A DNA stretch of 64,000 nucleotides from an uncultured Spirochaetota bacterium (GCA_963781885.1 CAWAHW010000004.1:128001-192000); one strand, 5' to 3'. Positions 8,872 through 19,377 are shown, counted from the stretch's first letter. Program-made: numbers and translations. Notes: generated by a model from the sequence alone, not told the origin.

Positions 8872-10998
8872 TCATTCCGATTCCCAAAGTACGGCCGCCT
8901 CTTCGCTCTGGCTGTCCGCCGCGCGCGTCGCATCGACCCTGGACGCCTGGAGGTCTGTGTACTGCGAGGCAAGCGTCGGATCGATGGCCTTCAGCTCGTC
9001 GAAGCTTTTTTGTGCCCCCGCCTGATCCTTCAGTTGTCGATCCACCCGGATGAGTGCGATCAGCGCGTGCGCGCTCTGCGGATCCAGCTGGCTGGCCTGC
9101 TGGTAGCAGCCCAGCGCGTTCCGCCAGTCCGCCTTCTGGAAGTAGAGGTTCCCCAGATTGAGAAGCGAGGGAAGATAGGCCTTCTGGGCGAGAACCTGCC
9201 TGAGCACCGCCTCGGCCTTGTCCCCCTGGCCGCACTTGGCGTAGAGCACTGCAATCTTGTTCATGACCGCGAGGTTCGAGCCCCCCTGCGTCTGGCCCTG
9301 GAGTTGGGCCACCCTGTCGCCCAGCACACCATCGACGTATTTCTGCGTCTCGGCAAGGTACGCCTGAAGGACCTGCTCAGACTCGGGGATGGCGATTGTC
9401 GTCCCCGTCCCCGGAAGCCCCACCGACTGGTACGCTTTCCACGCCTCCTGGACGGGATAGAACCCCGCCTGACCGGTGGCGTTGTTGTCGTTCCACTCCT
9501 GGGCCCCGAGCTCCCAAGCCCTCATGAATCCCTGGTGCCTTATCGTGATCTCCACCGGGATCCATACGTGCCCGCCCTGGGAAATGTATTGCTCCCGGCT
9601 GATCAGTGCGTCCTCGGCCTGATCGGGTGTGAGCTTGGTATCCACCGCGACGAAGATGTGCCCCGGGATGGTGATAAAGGCGGCATCGATGCCCACCGCC
9701 TGGAGCAGCGAGCTGTACAGGATAGAAATGTCGCTGCAGTCTCCTGCCCGATACTGGAAGGTCTCCCGCGGGAACTGGAGGAAGTCCACCGCATACTTCT
9801 GCTTGGAGGCCTCCGAATACGGGGTGATCGGGTTGGCGGTGTAGTTCAGGCCGTAGAGATCAAGGGCCTCGTGCAGCGCGACGGCCGCCACGAGGCTGCT
9901 GTTGATCGAGCGTTTCTCCCTGGCACGAACGTAGCTGGTGACCGTTCGCGCGAAGTTAAGGACCTGGGGCTCCTTGGCCGTGACATAGGCGGCAGCCTTG
10001 CGGTTGTCGTCCCACGTCATAGCGTTTCTTCCATAGAGGGTCAGCGTGGCCACTTGCTTGTCCGTGTAGCTCTGCCCCTCAACCGAGAAGGTGAGGCCCA
10101 CCTCCGCGGCTACCTTGGTCCCCTCAGTGATCTCAAGGACCTTGTCGGTGAAAAGTGCGTAGAGGGATATTTCCTTTGTCTCTCCCGGGGAAAGCGTTCC
10201 GGGAATGGCGACGGTCTTTGGTGCGTCCATGTACTGACGGATGTACACCTGGGCGGTCAGGTTCGTGGCGGGGGACTTGAGGCTGCTCTTGATCTGAAGG
10301 GTCCCCAAGGGGTGATCGTCGTAGTACTTGTAGAAGAGAGGGAACGCGGGCTGCAGGTTGATCGATTGTACATCGACCCTCCCGCCGAGGTTCCCCAGGG
10401 CGACGTCGATCCCCGCCATGACGTTCAGGCCCTGGTAGAGTCCCACGTAGTAGGCATACCGAGCACCGACGCTTAGTCCTAACCCCGAGGCGAGAGAAAA
10501 CCTGACCCCAAAGCCACCGGCGATGTAGGGGTCCCAAGCGGCCGCGGAGAAGTCATTGTACGTTGCCACGTAGTAGCCGCCCTCCGCGAAGGCGAAGGGG
10601 GAGAAGATGTCTCCAATCGGGATTTGGATCTCCACACCCAGGCGGGCCGTGGCAAAAGAGAGACTTGGGGCCTGAGTCGACGCCGCGGCCGCATACTTGT
10701 ACTGCAGGCCGCCCAGGACCGCGAAGATCGAGTGAGGGAAGCTGTACTTCAGCCCGACGTCTCCGGTGACGCCAAAGCCGAAGGAAGTGGTGGCGGGGTT
10801 GCCTGGGTTCTGGATGTCTCCCATGGGAATATCGAAGGCCGGCATCAACTCCAGGGAAAGAGGCGAAGGGATCTGGGCGATTGTGCTCGTGACGACGGCC
10901 CCTGGGGGGGTGTTTTGCGCGGTGACCGTGCACGGGTTCATGAGCAAAAAAAGGAGTAGCGGCGCACAGAGTTGAAGGACACCCTTGACCTTTTTCAT
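8872..10998 (-). CDS. Secreted protein: predicted OM beta-barrel + Ig-like + transglutaminase-like Cys domain + TPR (paralog A)
   Basis: Signal peptide; alternating hydrophobic/aromatic strands; GDCSD...PGHIF...WIPVE; TPR (LNLGNLYFQKADWRNALGCY); GGAG RBS. Confidence 0.75.
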   Translation of the reverse strand: MKKVKGVLQLCAPLLLFLLMNPCTVTAQNTPPGAVVTSTIAQIPSPLSLELMPAFDIPMGDIQNPGNPATTSFGFGVTGDVGLKYSFPHSIFAVLGGLQYKYAAAASTQAPSLSFATARLGVEIQIPIGDIFSPFAFAEGGYYVATYNDFSAAAWDPYIAGGFGVRFSLASGLGLSVGARYAYYVGLYQGLNVMAGIDVALGNLGGRVDVQSINLQPAFPLFYKYYDDHPLGTLQIKSSLKSPATNLTAQVYIRQYMDAPKTVAIPGTLSPGETKEISLYALFTDKVLEITEGTKVAAEVGLTFSVEGQSYTDKQVATLTLYGRNAMTWDDNRKAAAYVTAKEPQVLNFARTVTSYVRAREKRSINSSLVAAVALHEALDLYGLNYTANPITPYSEASKQKYAVDFLQFPRETFQYRAGDCSDISILYSSLLQAVGIDAAFITIPGHIFVAVDTKLTPDQAEDALISREQYISQGGHVWIPVEITIRHQGFMRAWELGAQEWNDNNATGQAGFYPVQEAWKAYQSVGLPGTGTTIAIPESEQVLQAYLAETQKYVDGVLGDRVAQLQGQTQGGSNLAVMNKIAVLYAKCGQGDKAEAVLRQVLAQKAYLPSLLNLGNLYFQKADWRNALGCYQQASQLDPQSAHALIALIRVDRQLKDQAGAQKSFDELKAIDPTLASQYTDLQASRVDATRAADSQSEEAAVLWESE

Positions 10999-11115
10999 AA
11001 CAGGCTCCTGCCGGCGTCGAACGTTTCTTTGATACTACCATTCTAATTGGCAACGGGACAACCAGGAGAAGGACAGCCCGCGATGTGCGACGAAAAGTAA
11101 CGAGGGCGCAAGCCT

Positions 11116-11271
11116 CACCATCGGCGCGGCAGGGCTTGGGCATAAAAAAAGCCTGGCAACGACCTACTCTCCCACCCCGCGCCGCGGCGGTTCGCGGTGC
11201 GAACCGTTGTGGAGATTTGCGGCGCTACCATCGGCGAGCACGGGTTTGACTTCCGTGTTGGGCGTGCCCCG
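11116..11271 (-). pseudogene. 5S rRNA remnants: an internal ~20-nt piece plus a 3' portion interrupted by an insertion
   Basis: CCATCGGCGCGGCAGGGCTT (about 11118-11137), GCCTGGCAACGACCTACTCTCCCAC (11151-11175) and TACCATCGGCGAGCACGGGTTTGACTTCCGTGTT (about 11226-11259) match the operon 5S. Confidence 0.75.
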
Positions 11272-11686
11272 CCCGAGGGCATGGCTTTAGCCGCGATGCC
11301 CAGCCCCACGGCGGGCGGGTCGCGTGCTGCGGGGGTTCCGTCCTCGCAACTCCACGGAGTACCGTGGAAGGCTCGGACCGCTTCGCGCCCCTCCGCCCGC
11401 TCACGCATTCCGTTGCTGCGCGCGGGCGGAATCGACGGCGTCGAACTGCGGGCAAGGCCCAGCTCGTTCGTGAAAGGCAAGGAGGAGGCGCTGCAGGTCT
11501 ACACGGTGCCAAGCGCGAGCCTGTGCAGACCTGGGACTGGATTCCCGGCGGTTTCAGGCCGATCTCCGCGGCGGGCGCCGCCATGTTGTACGAAAATGAA
11601 CCTTGATCTTTCAAATTCCCTCTGCTATGATCCTATTATTCCCCCGTTGAGGGTCATTTCCGAATGTCTATTTGCAAGGAGTCTAT

Positions 11687-12547
11687 ATGAGAAAACGATC
11701 AGTGTTGCTCGTGATAGCAACGGCGTCGGTCGCGTTACTTCTGGCATCCTGTTCGGCTCCGGTCATATCGGTCAGTGACGCGGAACTTTCCTACGACAGT
11801 AATGGGCACATGACAAGCGATGTCACGTACACGTATTACGACGGAAGCGGCATCGAGACCGATACATTCTCCGCCGCTGGTACGTACGAATATGTCTGGA
11901 AAACCTGGGATGCTCCGAGCTCGTCATGGCGGCAAAGCGATGGCGCCCAGGCCACCTACTCGTATGACACGAGCACGCGGTTGATGACGTTCAACTATAC
12001 ACAGTTTTGGAATGGGGGAGTCGGCGGCAGTTATGTCACGCCCACCAGTACTTGGAGCTCCACAAAGACCGAAACATATCCCATGATCCTCGGCTCGAGC
12101 AACTGCTATTGGCAAGTTTTGACTGGAAAAGACGGGAATTATGAAAGTACCGATAATTCGACCGCATGGAACGGATTGAAGTACACAAATACCATGAGTG
12201 CAACCATCGCTTCCGATCTTTCGACGGTCACCACTGCCAGCGAATGGGAAGCCTATAGTACAAGCGGCGTGGCGACAAATGGCAGCAAGAGCAGCGACGT
12301 CATGACGAAGGACCAGATCTTCCCGAGCACCGTCAAAACCCTCGACGATGCCAAAGGAAAGGTCATTACTTTTACGTGGTTGACCGATGTCAGTACGCCC
12401 TATACCTGGAATTCGGGAACCAACTTCAGCCAGGGCGTTCCCACGACCAACCATAACGCCGGCAGCCAGACACTCAGCTCCGCCAGTGATGGCTCCTGGG
12501 TGGCATGGGTTAGCTACTCCCAGGCCAGACACCTCACCGTCAGGTAG
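11687..12547 (+). CDS. Ser/Thr/aromatic-rich lipoprotein of unknown function
   Basis: AAGGAG RBS; MRKRSVLLVIATASVALLLASC lipobox; beta-rich composition. Confidence 0.75.
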   Translation: MRKRSVLLVIATASVALLLASCSAPVISVSDAELSYDSNGHMTSDVTYTYYDGSGIETDTFSAAGTYEYVWKTWDAPSSSWRQSDGAQATYSYDTSTRLMTFNYTQFWNGGVGGSYVTPTSTWSSTKTETYPMILGSSNCYWQVLTGKDGNYESTDNSTAWNGLKYTNTMSATIASDLSTVTTASEWEAYSTSGVATNGSKSSDVMTKDQIFPSTVKTLDDAKGKVITFTWLTDVSTPYTWNSGTNFSQGVPTTNHNAGSQTLSSASDGSWVAWVSYSQARHLTVR

Positions 12548-12566
12548 CTTTTTCGCGGCAAATCCA

Positions 12567-12596
12567 AAAACGGACCGGCGCAACCCGGTCCGTTTT
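12567..12596. terminator. Bidirectional intrinsic terminator
   Basis: AAAA-CGGACCGG-loop-CCGGTCCG-TTTT between convergent genes. Confidence 0.7.
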
Positions 12597-12744
12597 CCAT
12601 TGGCGGGCAAATCGGCTGCCATACGGCTTCTGCTCGCCGCGGTCCGGGTGCCATTGACTGCGCCGTTGCCGCTGGAAGCGAACTTCTCCACGCATTCGGT
12701 TGCCGAATTCCGCGGGTGGGATTCCTAGTGGAGACGCCGTCCCA

Positions 12745-14453
12745 TTACGGCGCGATAAACTGGTACCCGCCCATTGACCAAGACCCGGAGTTCCGCGTGA
12801 CTCCATCCAGATCGTCGGCGAATCCCCAGTTTTGCGCAACGCCGTCAAGGCCTTGCTGTCGAGCTTCGACGGGCGCGTTGATCTTGTTGAGGTGCCAGTC
12901 CTGGCTCGTAGGGTCGGTGAACATGTCGGTCAGCAGGGCGCCCGAGGTAACATTTCCGCTCGCACCTGAAAAGCCGTTCATGTCTATTGGGGTATAGACG
13001 GAACCACTCACGCTCGCAAAGGGCGCATTGGGCATTGGAACACGTAGTTGTTCTTGAAAGAAGCAGGCAAAGAATCGGACGTTGCGGTAACACCATATTT
13101 CCGTTGCTGCCCCGTAGCAAGTGAGAAAATTAGGTTGTTTTCAATCGTCGCACTTGCGCCGTTGAGATTTGTGATGCCCTCATCCCCATCGGTTGATGCG
13201 CCAAATAAAATTGACCCCGCGCAAATCGTGTTATTTCGCAGTGTTGGAGATGATCCATCGACAAGGACTCCCGCGGTGCCCGGACCTTGGTCTGTCAGGC
13301 CTCCGTGAATAATGTTGTTGTAAATATAGGCCTGACATCCAGACTCCATACTGATACCCATGCTGCTTGAATATGCATCGCCTCCATAGATCGTGTTGTA
13401 CGCGACCGTCGCAGCGCTCCCGATATCGTAGATGCCGACGGAATAGTCGTAGGTTCCGCTGGTCCCGCCGCTTATCTTGTTGTGCATAATGCTTGGATGG
13501 GCGCCATTGCACAGTATTGCAACGGTATTGCCGTTTTTTCCTCCCGAGATGGCGTTGCGCTGGACGGTAATTGAGGATAAATTCAAAGTCAGCCCATAGG
13601 AATTGTCCCCGCCTCCCCCATCGATGGAATTGCTCTGGAGCGTCACCCCTGTGCAGTTGGCGCAGTAGATCCCTGTCGTGTTGTTTCCACTGAAATCGCC
13701 CTTTATTGAAAAGCCATCGATCGTGAGAGGGCGAGAAGTGTTGTCCAGCAATATCGTTTCGACATTCGGTGAAACCTGGATCACGGTCGGATACAACGAA
13801 GACCCATTTATCGCCCAGTCCGGGTCCTCCCTCTTCGTCCAATCCGTCGCGTCGTATCCTCCGTACAACGATATTCCGTCTTTCAAGATGATGACGCTCG
13901 ATGGCTGATATGTTCCCGCAGCAACATGAACTGCCGCGCTGGAATAGACGGCACCGGCAGTGTCTATCGCCTTTTGAATCGTTTTCTTCGGGAGGTCAAT
14001 CGTCCCCGGATTGTCGTCATTTCCGTTCGTGCCATGAACATAGACAACGCCATCCAGCACTCCGTACGTCAGCGCAACCTGCTTGACCGCATAGCCTTCC
14101 CCATTTGCGCAATCGACCGTCAGTGTCTTTCCGCTTCCTGTCGACCATGACGTCTTCGGGCGGAAAGTCAAAGTGTCATTTGGCAGCGTCGTCACGGACC
14201 AGGTCCCGCCGTCGCTTTCGGGTGCCATCGATCCGCCGACCGCGAGTGTCGACGTGTCGATGGTCGCGGAAAAGGAGACCACGATGGGGGTCGTCGGCGC
14301 GACGCCCGAGCCGGAGGGGAATGAGAGCACGGTCTTCGGCGTCTGATAATCCTTCACCGCCAGCTCGAGGGTTGTCCGCAACGGCAGCGGGCAGCCGGCA
14401 AAAAAGGGCAGAATCGCCACCGCGAGAAGCGCTTTTCCGACACGCCTGTCCAT
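12745..14453 (-). CDS. Lipoprotein with Ig-like domain and right-handed parallel beta-helix, frameshift near 13030
   Basis: Lipobox PFFAGC; VYVHGTNGNDDNPGT..P.KTIQKAI (DUF1565-like); N-x-I-x-GG helix repeats; typical tail DLDGVTR...WSMGGYQ lies in ORF 12745..13035. Confidence 0.75.
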
Positions 14454-14466
14454 GTGTATGCCGGCG

Positions 14467-14544
14467 ATTATGCTCCCGGAATCGCCACTTGTCAATTTCC
14501 GGTGGAGAGCAATTTCTTGACACGGGTTGCGCCTGTGCTACTAT
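14467..14544. promoter_or_regulatory. Back-to-back sigma70-type promoters
   Basis: Minus strand TTGACA(14495-14490)-17-CATAAT(14472-14467); plus strand TTGACA(14517-14522)-16-TACTAT(14539-14544). Confidence 0.65.
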
Positions 14545-14578
14545 TGGAGCAAATGAGTCAATTGACGTGAGGCGGGGC

Positions 14579-16678
14579 ATGGTCCGTCCAACGGTTCCGC
14601 TGGCGCTTCTTTTTTGCGTCACATTTGCCGCGTCGGCGCAGTCCGCGCAGGGACCGTCAACGGGGAAGCCGTCAGGCGAGCTGCCGTCTCTTGCCCTCAT
14701 GCCGGGCATCGAGCTTCCCCTGGAAGTGGGAAAACAACTCTTCGAGCCGCTGGGCGGCATGGGCGGCATTTCCGTGGCTGTGCCGTTTGGTCGTCTGCCT
14801 TTCCTCTCGGTCCTGACGGACGTGGGATACAGCTACGCACCCGTGCGTGCCCAAGCCTCGATGTCGATGATATCGGTGGCCCTGGGGGCCGGGCTGAATT
14901 ACGACCTGACTCCGCAGCTCATTCTCCAGGCACGCGTGGGTGCGGGAGGGTTCTTTGGCCTTTTCAATTCAACGATAAGGGATCCAACGGGTGTTCCCTA
15001 TGACCCGCAATCGGGGTTCGACCCCTTCGTCCAGGCAGGGGTGGGCATATCTTTCTACCTCACGCCCGTTTTCAGCGTCGACCTGAGCGGCACGTATTAC
15101 CAGTACATCGGACTTTCGCAGGGGATCAGGGTCCAGGCGGGAAGCTCCCTGCATTTCAGCGGTCTCAGCAGAAAGCTGGATCTTCTTGACCCGCGCATGC
15201 AGCGAGTCTTCCCCTCACTCCTGCAGTATTACCAATCCGTTCCCATCGGGACGGCGACGATACGCAACGGCGAACGATTCCCTCTGAAAAACGTGCAGGT
15301 GTCGTATTTCGTCAAGGGACTCATGGACGGTCCCCGGGTCTGTGCGACCATTCCGCAGATGAAGCCGGGCGAATCCCGCTCCGTGGACCTCCGTGCGCTT
15401 TTCTCCGACCGGATCCTGGACGTGCGGGAGGACGGTCACGTCGCCGCGACCATCACGATTGACTACCTGCTCAACGGCGGCAAGCAACGGAAAATCGTGG
15501 CGGAAAGCCTGAGCGTCCTCAACCGAAACGCCTCGACGTGGGACGACAACCGAAAGGCCGCGAGCTTCGTGTGTGCCAAGGACCCCGACGTGCTGCGCTT
15601 CGGCAAGGCTGTTGCCGAGACGGTGCGCGCGGCGGGGCCGGACAGCATCGACCTTCCCCTGCGCGAGGGAATGGGTATATTCGAGGCGCTCTCCCAGTAC
15701 GGCGTCGGCTACGTCGTGGACCCGAACACGCCCGCCTACGAGTCGGCATCGAAGGATCCGCTCGTTGTCGATTTCCTCCAGTTTCCCAACCAGACCCTCA
15801 AGTTCAAAGGTGGGGATTGCGACGACCTTTCCATTCTTTACACATCCCTCCTGGAAGCTGTTGGAGTTGAAACGGCGTTCATCACGGTGCCGGGACACAT
15901 CTATGCGGCTTTCGCTCTGGAAATGACGGCCGCGGATGCGATGAAGTCGTTCGCGAATGACAAAGAGGTGTTGATTCAAAATGGGAAGGCGTGGGTGCCG
16001 GTAGAGATCACAATGGTCGGCAAATCGTTCCAGGAGGCGTGGCAAGCGGGAGCCCAAGAATGGAATACGAACAAGGACACGGCAGGATTTTATCCCGTGC
16101 ACGATGCGTGGAAGGTATATGCGACCGCGGGGACGCCAACGGGCATCGGTGAAATCCAGGACCTCGATCGGACGGCATTTGCACCCCGGGTCGGCGGTGA
16201 GATCGCCCGATTCGTGGATCGCGAGCTCGCCCCGCAGGTGGACCGCCTCCGCCTGGCAATGGGGGATTCGTATGACAGCAAGCTCCTCAACAGGCTCGGC
16301 ATCTTGTACGCCCGGTATGGAAGAATGGATGACGCGGAGGCGACATTCCAGAAAGTCCTCATGAAAGAGCCCTATGTTCCCGCGCTCATCAATATGGGCA
16401 ATCTCGCCCTGCTGAAGGGCGACTTTGAAGGAGCCGCCACCTTTTTCCAGACGGCGCTGTCGAAGGCGGCGGATAATGCCCCCGCGCTGGCAGGCATCAC
16501 ACGGGCAAGCTACGGCGAGGGTAAGCTTGCGCTTGCGAACCAGTACCTCGCATCGCTCAAGGCACAGGATCCCGCCTCGGCGGACAAGCTCGCCTTCATG
16601 GGCACGGGAGACCAGACGGCAAGGGCCGCCTCCTTCACAGACGCCCTCCGCAACGTCGAGTGGACGGAGAGTCAGTGA
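14579..16678 (+). CDS. Secreted protein: predicted OM beta-barrel + Ig-like + transglutaminase-like Cys domain + TPR (paralog B)
   Basis: Signal MVRPTVPLALLFCVTFAASA; shares TWDDNRKAA, VDFLQFP, GDCDD, PGHIY, WVPVEIT and GFYPV..AW with 8872..10998. Confidence 0.75.
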   Translation: MVRPTVPLALLFCVTFAASAQSAQGPSTGKPSGELPSLALMPGIELPLEVGKQLFEPLGGMGGISVAVPFGRLPFLSVLTDVGYSYAPVRAQASMSMISVALGAGLNYDLTPQLILQARVGAGGFFGLFNSTIRDPTGVPYDPQSGFDPFVQAGVGISFYLTPVFSVDLSGTYYQYIGLSQGIRVQAGSSLHFSGLSRKLDLLDPRMQRVFPSLLQYYQSVPIGTATIRNGERFPLKNVQVSYFVKGLMDGPRVCATIPQMKPGESRSVDLRALFSDRILDVREDGHVAATITIDYLLNGGKQRKIVAESLSVLNRNASTWDDNRKAASFVCAKDPDVLRFGKAVAETVRAAGPDSIDLPLREGMGIFEALSQYGVGYVVDPNTPAYESASKDPLVVDFLQFPNQTLKFKGGDCDDLSILYTSLLEAVGVETAFITVPGHIYAAFALEMTAADAMKSFANDKEVLIQNGKAWVPVEITMVGKSFQEAWQAGAQEWNTNKDTAGFYPVHDAWKVYATAGTPTGIGEIQDLDRTAFAPRVGGEIARFVDRELAPQVDRLRLAMGDSYDSKLLNRLGILYARYGRMDDAEATFQKVLMKEPYVPALINMGNLALLKGDFEGAATFFQTALSKAADNAPALAGITRASYGEGKLALANQYLASLKAQDPASADKLAFMGTGDQTARAASFTDALRNVEWTESQ

Positions 16679-16848
16679 GGTCGGTGCTCCCGGGGGCTCC
16701 AACCACGGATTCTCTAGCAATTCGGCGCGCGCGGGATCCGGCGGCGGCGCTTTCCTGGAGGCAGGAGCGAAACTCTCATGGCATTTCCTGGCGCATTTCG
16801 GGGTGAGTGCGAGCCTGGTCCGGATCTGCGCTTACGGGCATAAAAAAA

Positions 16849-16861
16849 GCCTGGCAACGAC
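16849..16861 (-). repeat. 3'-terminal 13 nt of 5S rRNA, cut off by IS66
   Basis: GCCTGGCAACGAC preceded by GGGCATAAAAAAA; 16836-16861 is identical (26 bp) to 11138-11163. Confidence 0.7.
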
Positions 16862-16946
16862 GTAACCGTCAAAACAACCACACCTTGTAAAGAGGCCTTG
16901 AGGAATCAATCCTGAGCCCACGATTTGAGCGCTCAGGAGGTGATGC

Positions 16947-17288
16947 ATGGATCAAGTCCCCGCGAAAATGAAACAGCGGCATCGCTCGGCTGCGGAGTGG
17001 CGCGAGCTGATAAGCGCTTGGAAGCAAAGCGGCAAGACGCGCGAGATGTGGTGCCACGAGAACGGCGTGGGCATGGAATCCCTACGTCGATGGACGAAGC
17101 GACTTCGAAGAGCAGACGCAGCCGTAGCCTTCGTCCAGATTGAGAAGTCCATTTCTGTTTCAACGAAGTCCGTCCCGATACACCTTCGCATCTTGGCAAG
17201 CGGCGATGTGGAGCTTCAGGGGGAGTTCAGCGAGGAGCTTCTTCGCGGAGTGTTACGTGTCGCACGGGAAGCGGCTGATGTTTCTTGA
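16947..17288 (+). CDS. tnpA: IS66 accessory protein TnpA
   Basis: W..LI.AW.QSG.T...WC..NG HTH pattern; GGAGG RBS; first ORF of the element. Confidence 0.8.
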   Translation: MDQVPAKMKQRHRSAAEWRELISAWKQSGKTREMWCHENGVGMESLRRWTKRLRRADAAVAFVQIEKSISVSTKSVPIHLRILASGDVELQGEFSEELLRGVLRVAREAADVS

Positions 17289-17625
17289 GTGGGATCGGGT
17301 GAAGGTGTTTGTGCGCCCCGGTGGCACAGACCTGAGGAAACAGATCAACGGTCTGGCAGCGATGGCGCAAAGTGCGATGGCCGGGGATCCACTGTCCGGG
17401 AACCTATTTCTGTTCAGCAATAAGGACCGGCATCTACTGAAGGCGCTGTACTGGGATCATAGCGGTTTTTGCCTGTGGCAGAAGCGCCTGGAGCGGGAGA
17501 AGTTTCCCTGGCCGCACACACAGGAGGCGGCACGCGAAATCAGCGTTGAGCAGCTTCGCATGCTGTTGAGCGGGATCGACTTCTGGAACGCGCATCAGAA
17601 GCTGAGCTATCGAAGCGTCATATAG
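17278..17625 (+). CDS. tnpB: IS66 accessory protein TnpB
   Basis: TDLRKQINGL...LFLF.NK....LKALYWD.SGF.LWQKRLE..KF.WP. Confidence 0.9.
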   Translation: MFLEWDRVKVFVRPGGTDLRKQINGLAAMAQSAMAGDPLSGNLFLFSNKDRHLLKALYWDHSGFCLWQKRLEREKFPWPHTQEAAREISVEQLRMLLSGIDFWNAHQKLSYRSVI

Positions 17626-17664
17626 GACTACCGGGGATCCCGGCTCTCATGATAAAGTGCCCGG

Positions 17665-19272
17665 GTGAGCGACAAACTGGGAGCGCTACCGGACGGTGTG
17701 AAGGAGTTGCACGATCGTATTCGTCAGCTTGAGGCCAGCCTGGAGAAGGAACGTGCCGAGAAGATTGAATACCAGCACGAAGCTCTGAAGCATTTCGAGG
17801 AGATCCAGCTTCTGCGGCGACGGATATTCGGTCGCAGAGCGGAGAAGCTCAGCGAGGAAGACCGGCGTCAACTTCTGCTGTTCAACGAGGCTGAGGAAAT
17901 TCTGGCGCAAGGCAGCGGGCAGCCTGAGGAGCAAACCGTCGAGGTTCGTGCTCATAGCCGACGAAAGAGCGGGCGCAAACCCCTGCCGCCCGAGATTCCC
18001 CGAGTCGAGACAATTCACGACATCAGCGAAGAAGAGAAGCAATGCGCCTGCGGGCAACAGATGGGCCGCATCGGGGAGGAGATCTGCGAAAAGCTTGAAG
18101 TGATCCCTGCCCGCATTCGGGTGCGCCGTCACGTGCGGCCCAAGTATGCCTGCCATGCCTGCGAAGGCTCGGGAGACGAGAGTCGAGCAGCAGTTCGTAT
18201 TGCTCCTGCTCCCGTACAGCTTCTGCCCAAAAGCATCGCCTCTCCCGCCCTTGTGGCTTACATCATGGTGGGCAAGTTCTGTGATTCCTTGCCGTTCTAC
18301 CGCCAGGAGAAGCAGTTTGCGCGCATCGGAGTGGAGGTCAGCCGTCAGGACATGGCCAACTGGAGCATTGCGGTGTTTCAGAGGCTTCGGCCGCTTCGGG
18401 AGTTGATGCGTAGCCAGATCCGTCGAGGCCCTCTGGTGCAGATCGATGAGACGACGGTGCAGGTCATGGGGGAGCCCGGGCGGCCCAACACCTCAAAGAG
18501 CTTTATGTGGGTATTCCTGGGAGGAAGCCCCGGTCAGCCTGTCGTAGAGTATCAGTACCATCCTACCCGCTCGGGCAAGATTCCTTTCGACGCTCTACGA
18601 GGGTATGAAGGCTTCATCCAAACAGACGGCTACGATGGTTATCAAGAGCTGGGAAGCCAACCGGGGATCGTGCATGTCGGATGCTGGGCACATACCCGGA
18701 GAAAGTTCTTCGAGGCCAAGGAAGTCTCCAAGACCAAAGGCAGCGCCGATGTCGCCTTGGCCAGCATCAATGAGCTTTTCAAGATCGAACGGACGCTCAG
18801 AGACGAGGATCTTGCTCCCAATCAGTTCACACAACGCCGTCGCGAGCAGACTGAACCTGTACTTGAGAAGCTGCGCGTATGGCTGGAGGAGCGCGAGGGT
18901 CAGGTCCCTCCGTCCACGACGCTGGGCAAGGCGATCGGCTACACCGTCGGGCAGTGGCCCAAGCTCATCCGTTACCTGGACAGCCCGCTGTTGGCTCCCG
19001 ACAACAATGCCTGCGAGAGGGCCATTCGGCCCTTTGTGATCGGACGCAAGAACTGGATGCTGTCAGGAAGCCCCGCAGGAGCGGAAGCCAGCGCGGCATG
19101 GTACAGCCTCATCGAAACCGCGAAGAGCAACGGCGTTGAGCCCTATCTGTACTTGTGTTACATCCTCGCCAGATTGCCCGACAGCAACAACCCTGCAGAC
19201 TTTCAATTCCTTCTGCCCTGGAATATTTCAAAAGAATCCTTGCTCGATTTCCAGTCGGGACGTCTGGCCTGA
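17665..19272 (+). CDS. tnpC: IS66 DDE transposase TnpC
   Basis: FGRRAEK, zinc finger CACG/CHAC, IDET, QTDGY, CWAH.RRKF, DNNACERAIR, RKNW. Confidence 0.93.
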   Translation: MSDKLGALPDGVKELHDRIRQLEASLEKERAEKIEYQHEALKHFEEIQLLRRRIFGRRAEKLSEEDRRQLLLFNEAEEILAQGSGQPEEQTVEVRAHSRRKSGRKPLPPEIPRVETIHDISEEEKQCACGQQMGRIGEEICEKLEVIPARIRVRRHVRPKYACHACEGSGDESRAAVRIAPAPVQLLPKSIASPALVAYIMVGKFCDSLPFYRQEKQFARIGVEVSRQDMANWSIAVFQRLRPLRELMRSQIRRGPLVQIDETTVQVMGEPGRPNTSKSFMWVFLGGSPGQPVVEYQYHPTRSGKIPFDALRGYEGFIQTDGYDGYQELGSQPGIVHVGCWAHTRRKFFEAKEVSKTKGSADVALASINELFKIERTLRDEDLAPNQFTQRRREQTEPVLEKLRVWLEEREGQVPPSTTLGKAIGYTVGQWPKLIRYLDSPLLAPDNNACERAIRPFVIGRKNWMLSGSPAGAEASAAWYSLIETAKSNGVEPYLYLCYILARLPDSNNPADFQFLLPWNISKESLLDFQSGRLA

Positions 19273-19354
19273 GTTCATTACCGCAAGACGCCTCGCGGCT
19301 ACGCACACAGGGGTGTGGTTGTTTTGACGGTTACCCCGCTTGAGCCGGGCGGTA

Positions 19355-19377
19355 GGTGCGGTTTAATTAGCGGTTAC
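19355..19377 (+). mobile_element. Orphan end of a second, different IS66-like element
   Basis: Reverse complement GTAACCGCTAATTAAACCGCACC matches the IS66 TIR at 17/23 positions, same orientation as the right TIR. Confidence 0.55.

Larger units (their letters stand above)
16862..19334 (+). mobile_element. IS66-family insertion sequence
   Basis: Perfect 23-bp TIR GTAACCGTCAAAACAACCACACC at both ends; tnpA-tnpB-tnpC inside; no target-site duplication visible. Confidence 0.92.

Noticed and set aside
14105-14578. N-terminal extensions in the ORF track (also 8875-9235, 25272-25427, 38906-39064, 60731-61039)
   Set aside because: Downstream starts have RBS, promoter or signal-peptide support, and the extensions overlap other features
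6840-16840. Prophage, integron or defence island
   Set aside because: No integrase, phage structural, attC-like or recognisable defence genes; content is surface proteins only
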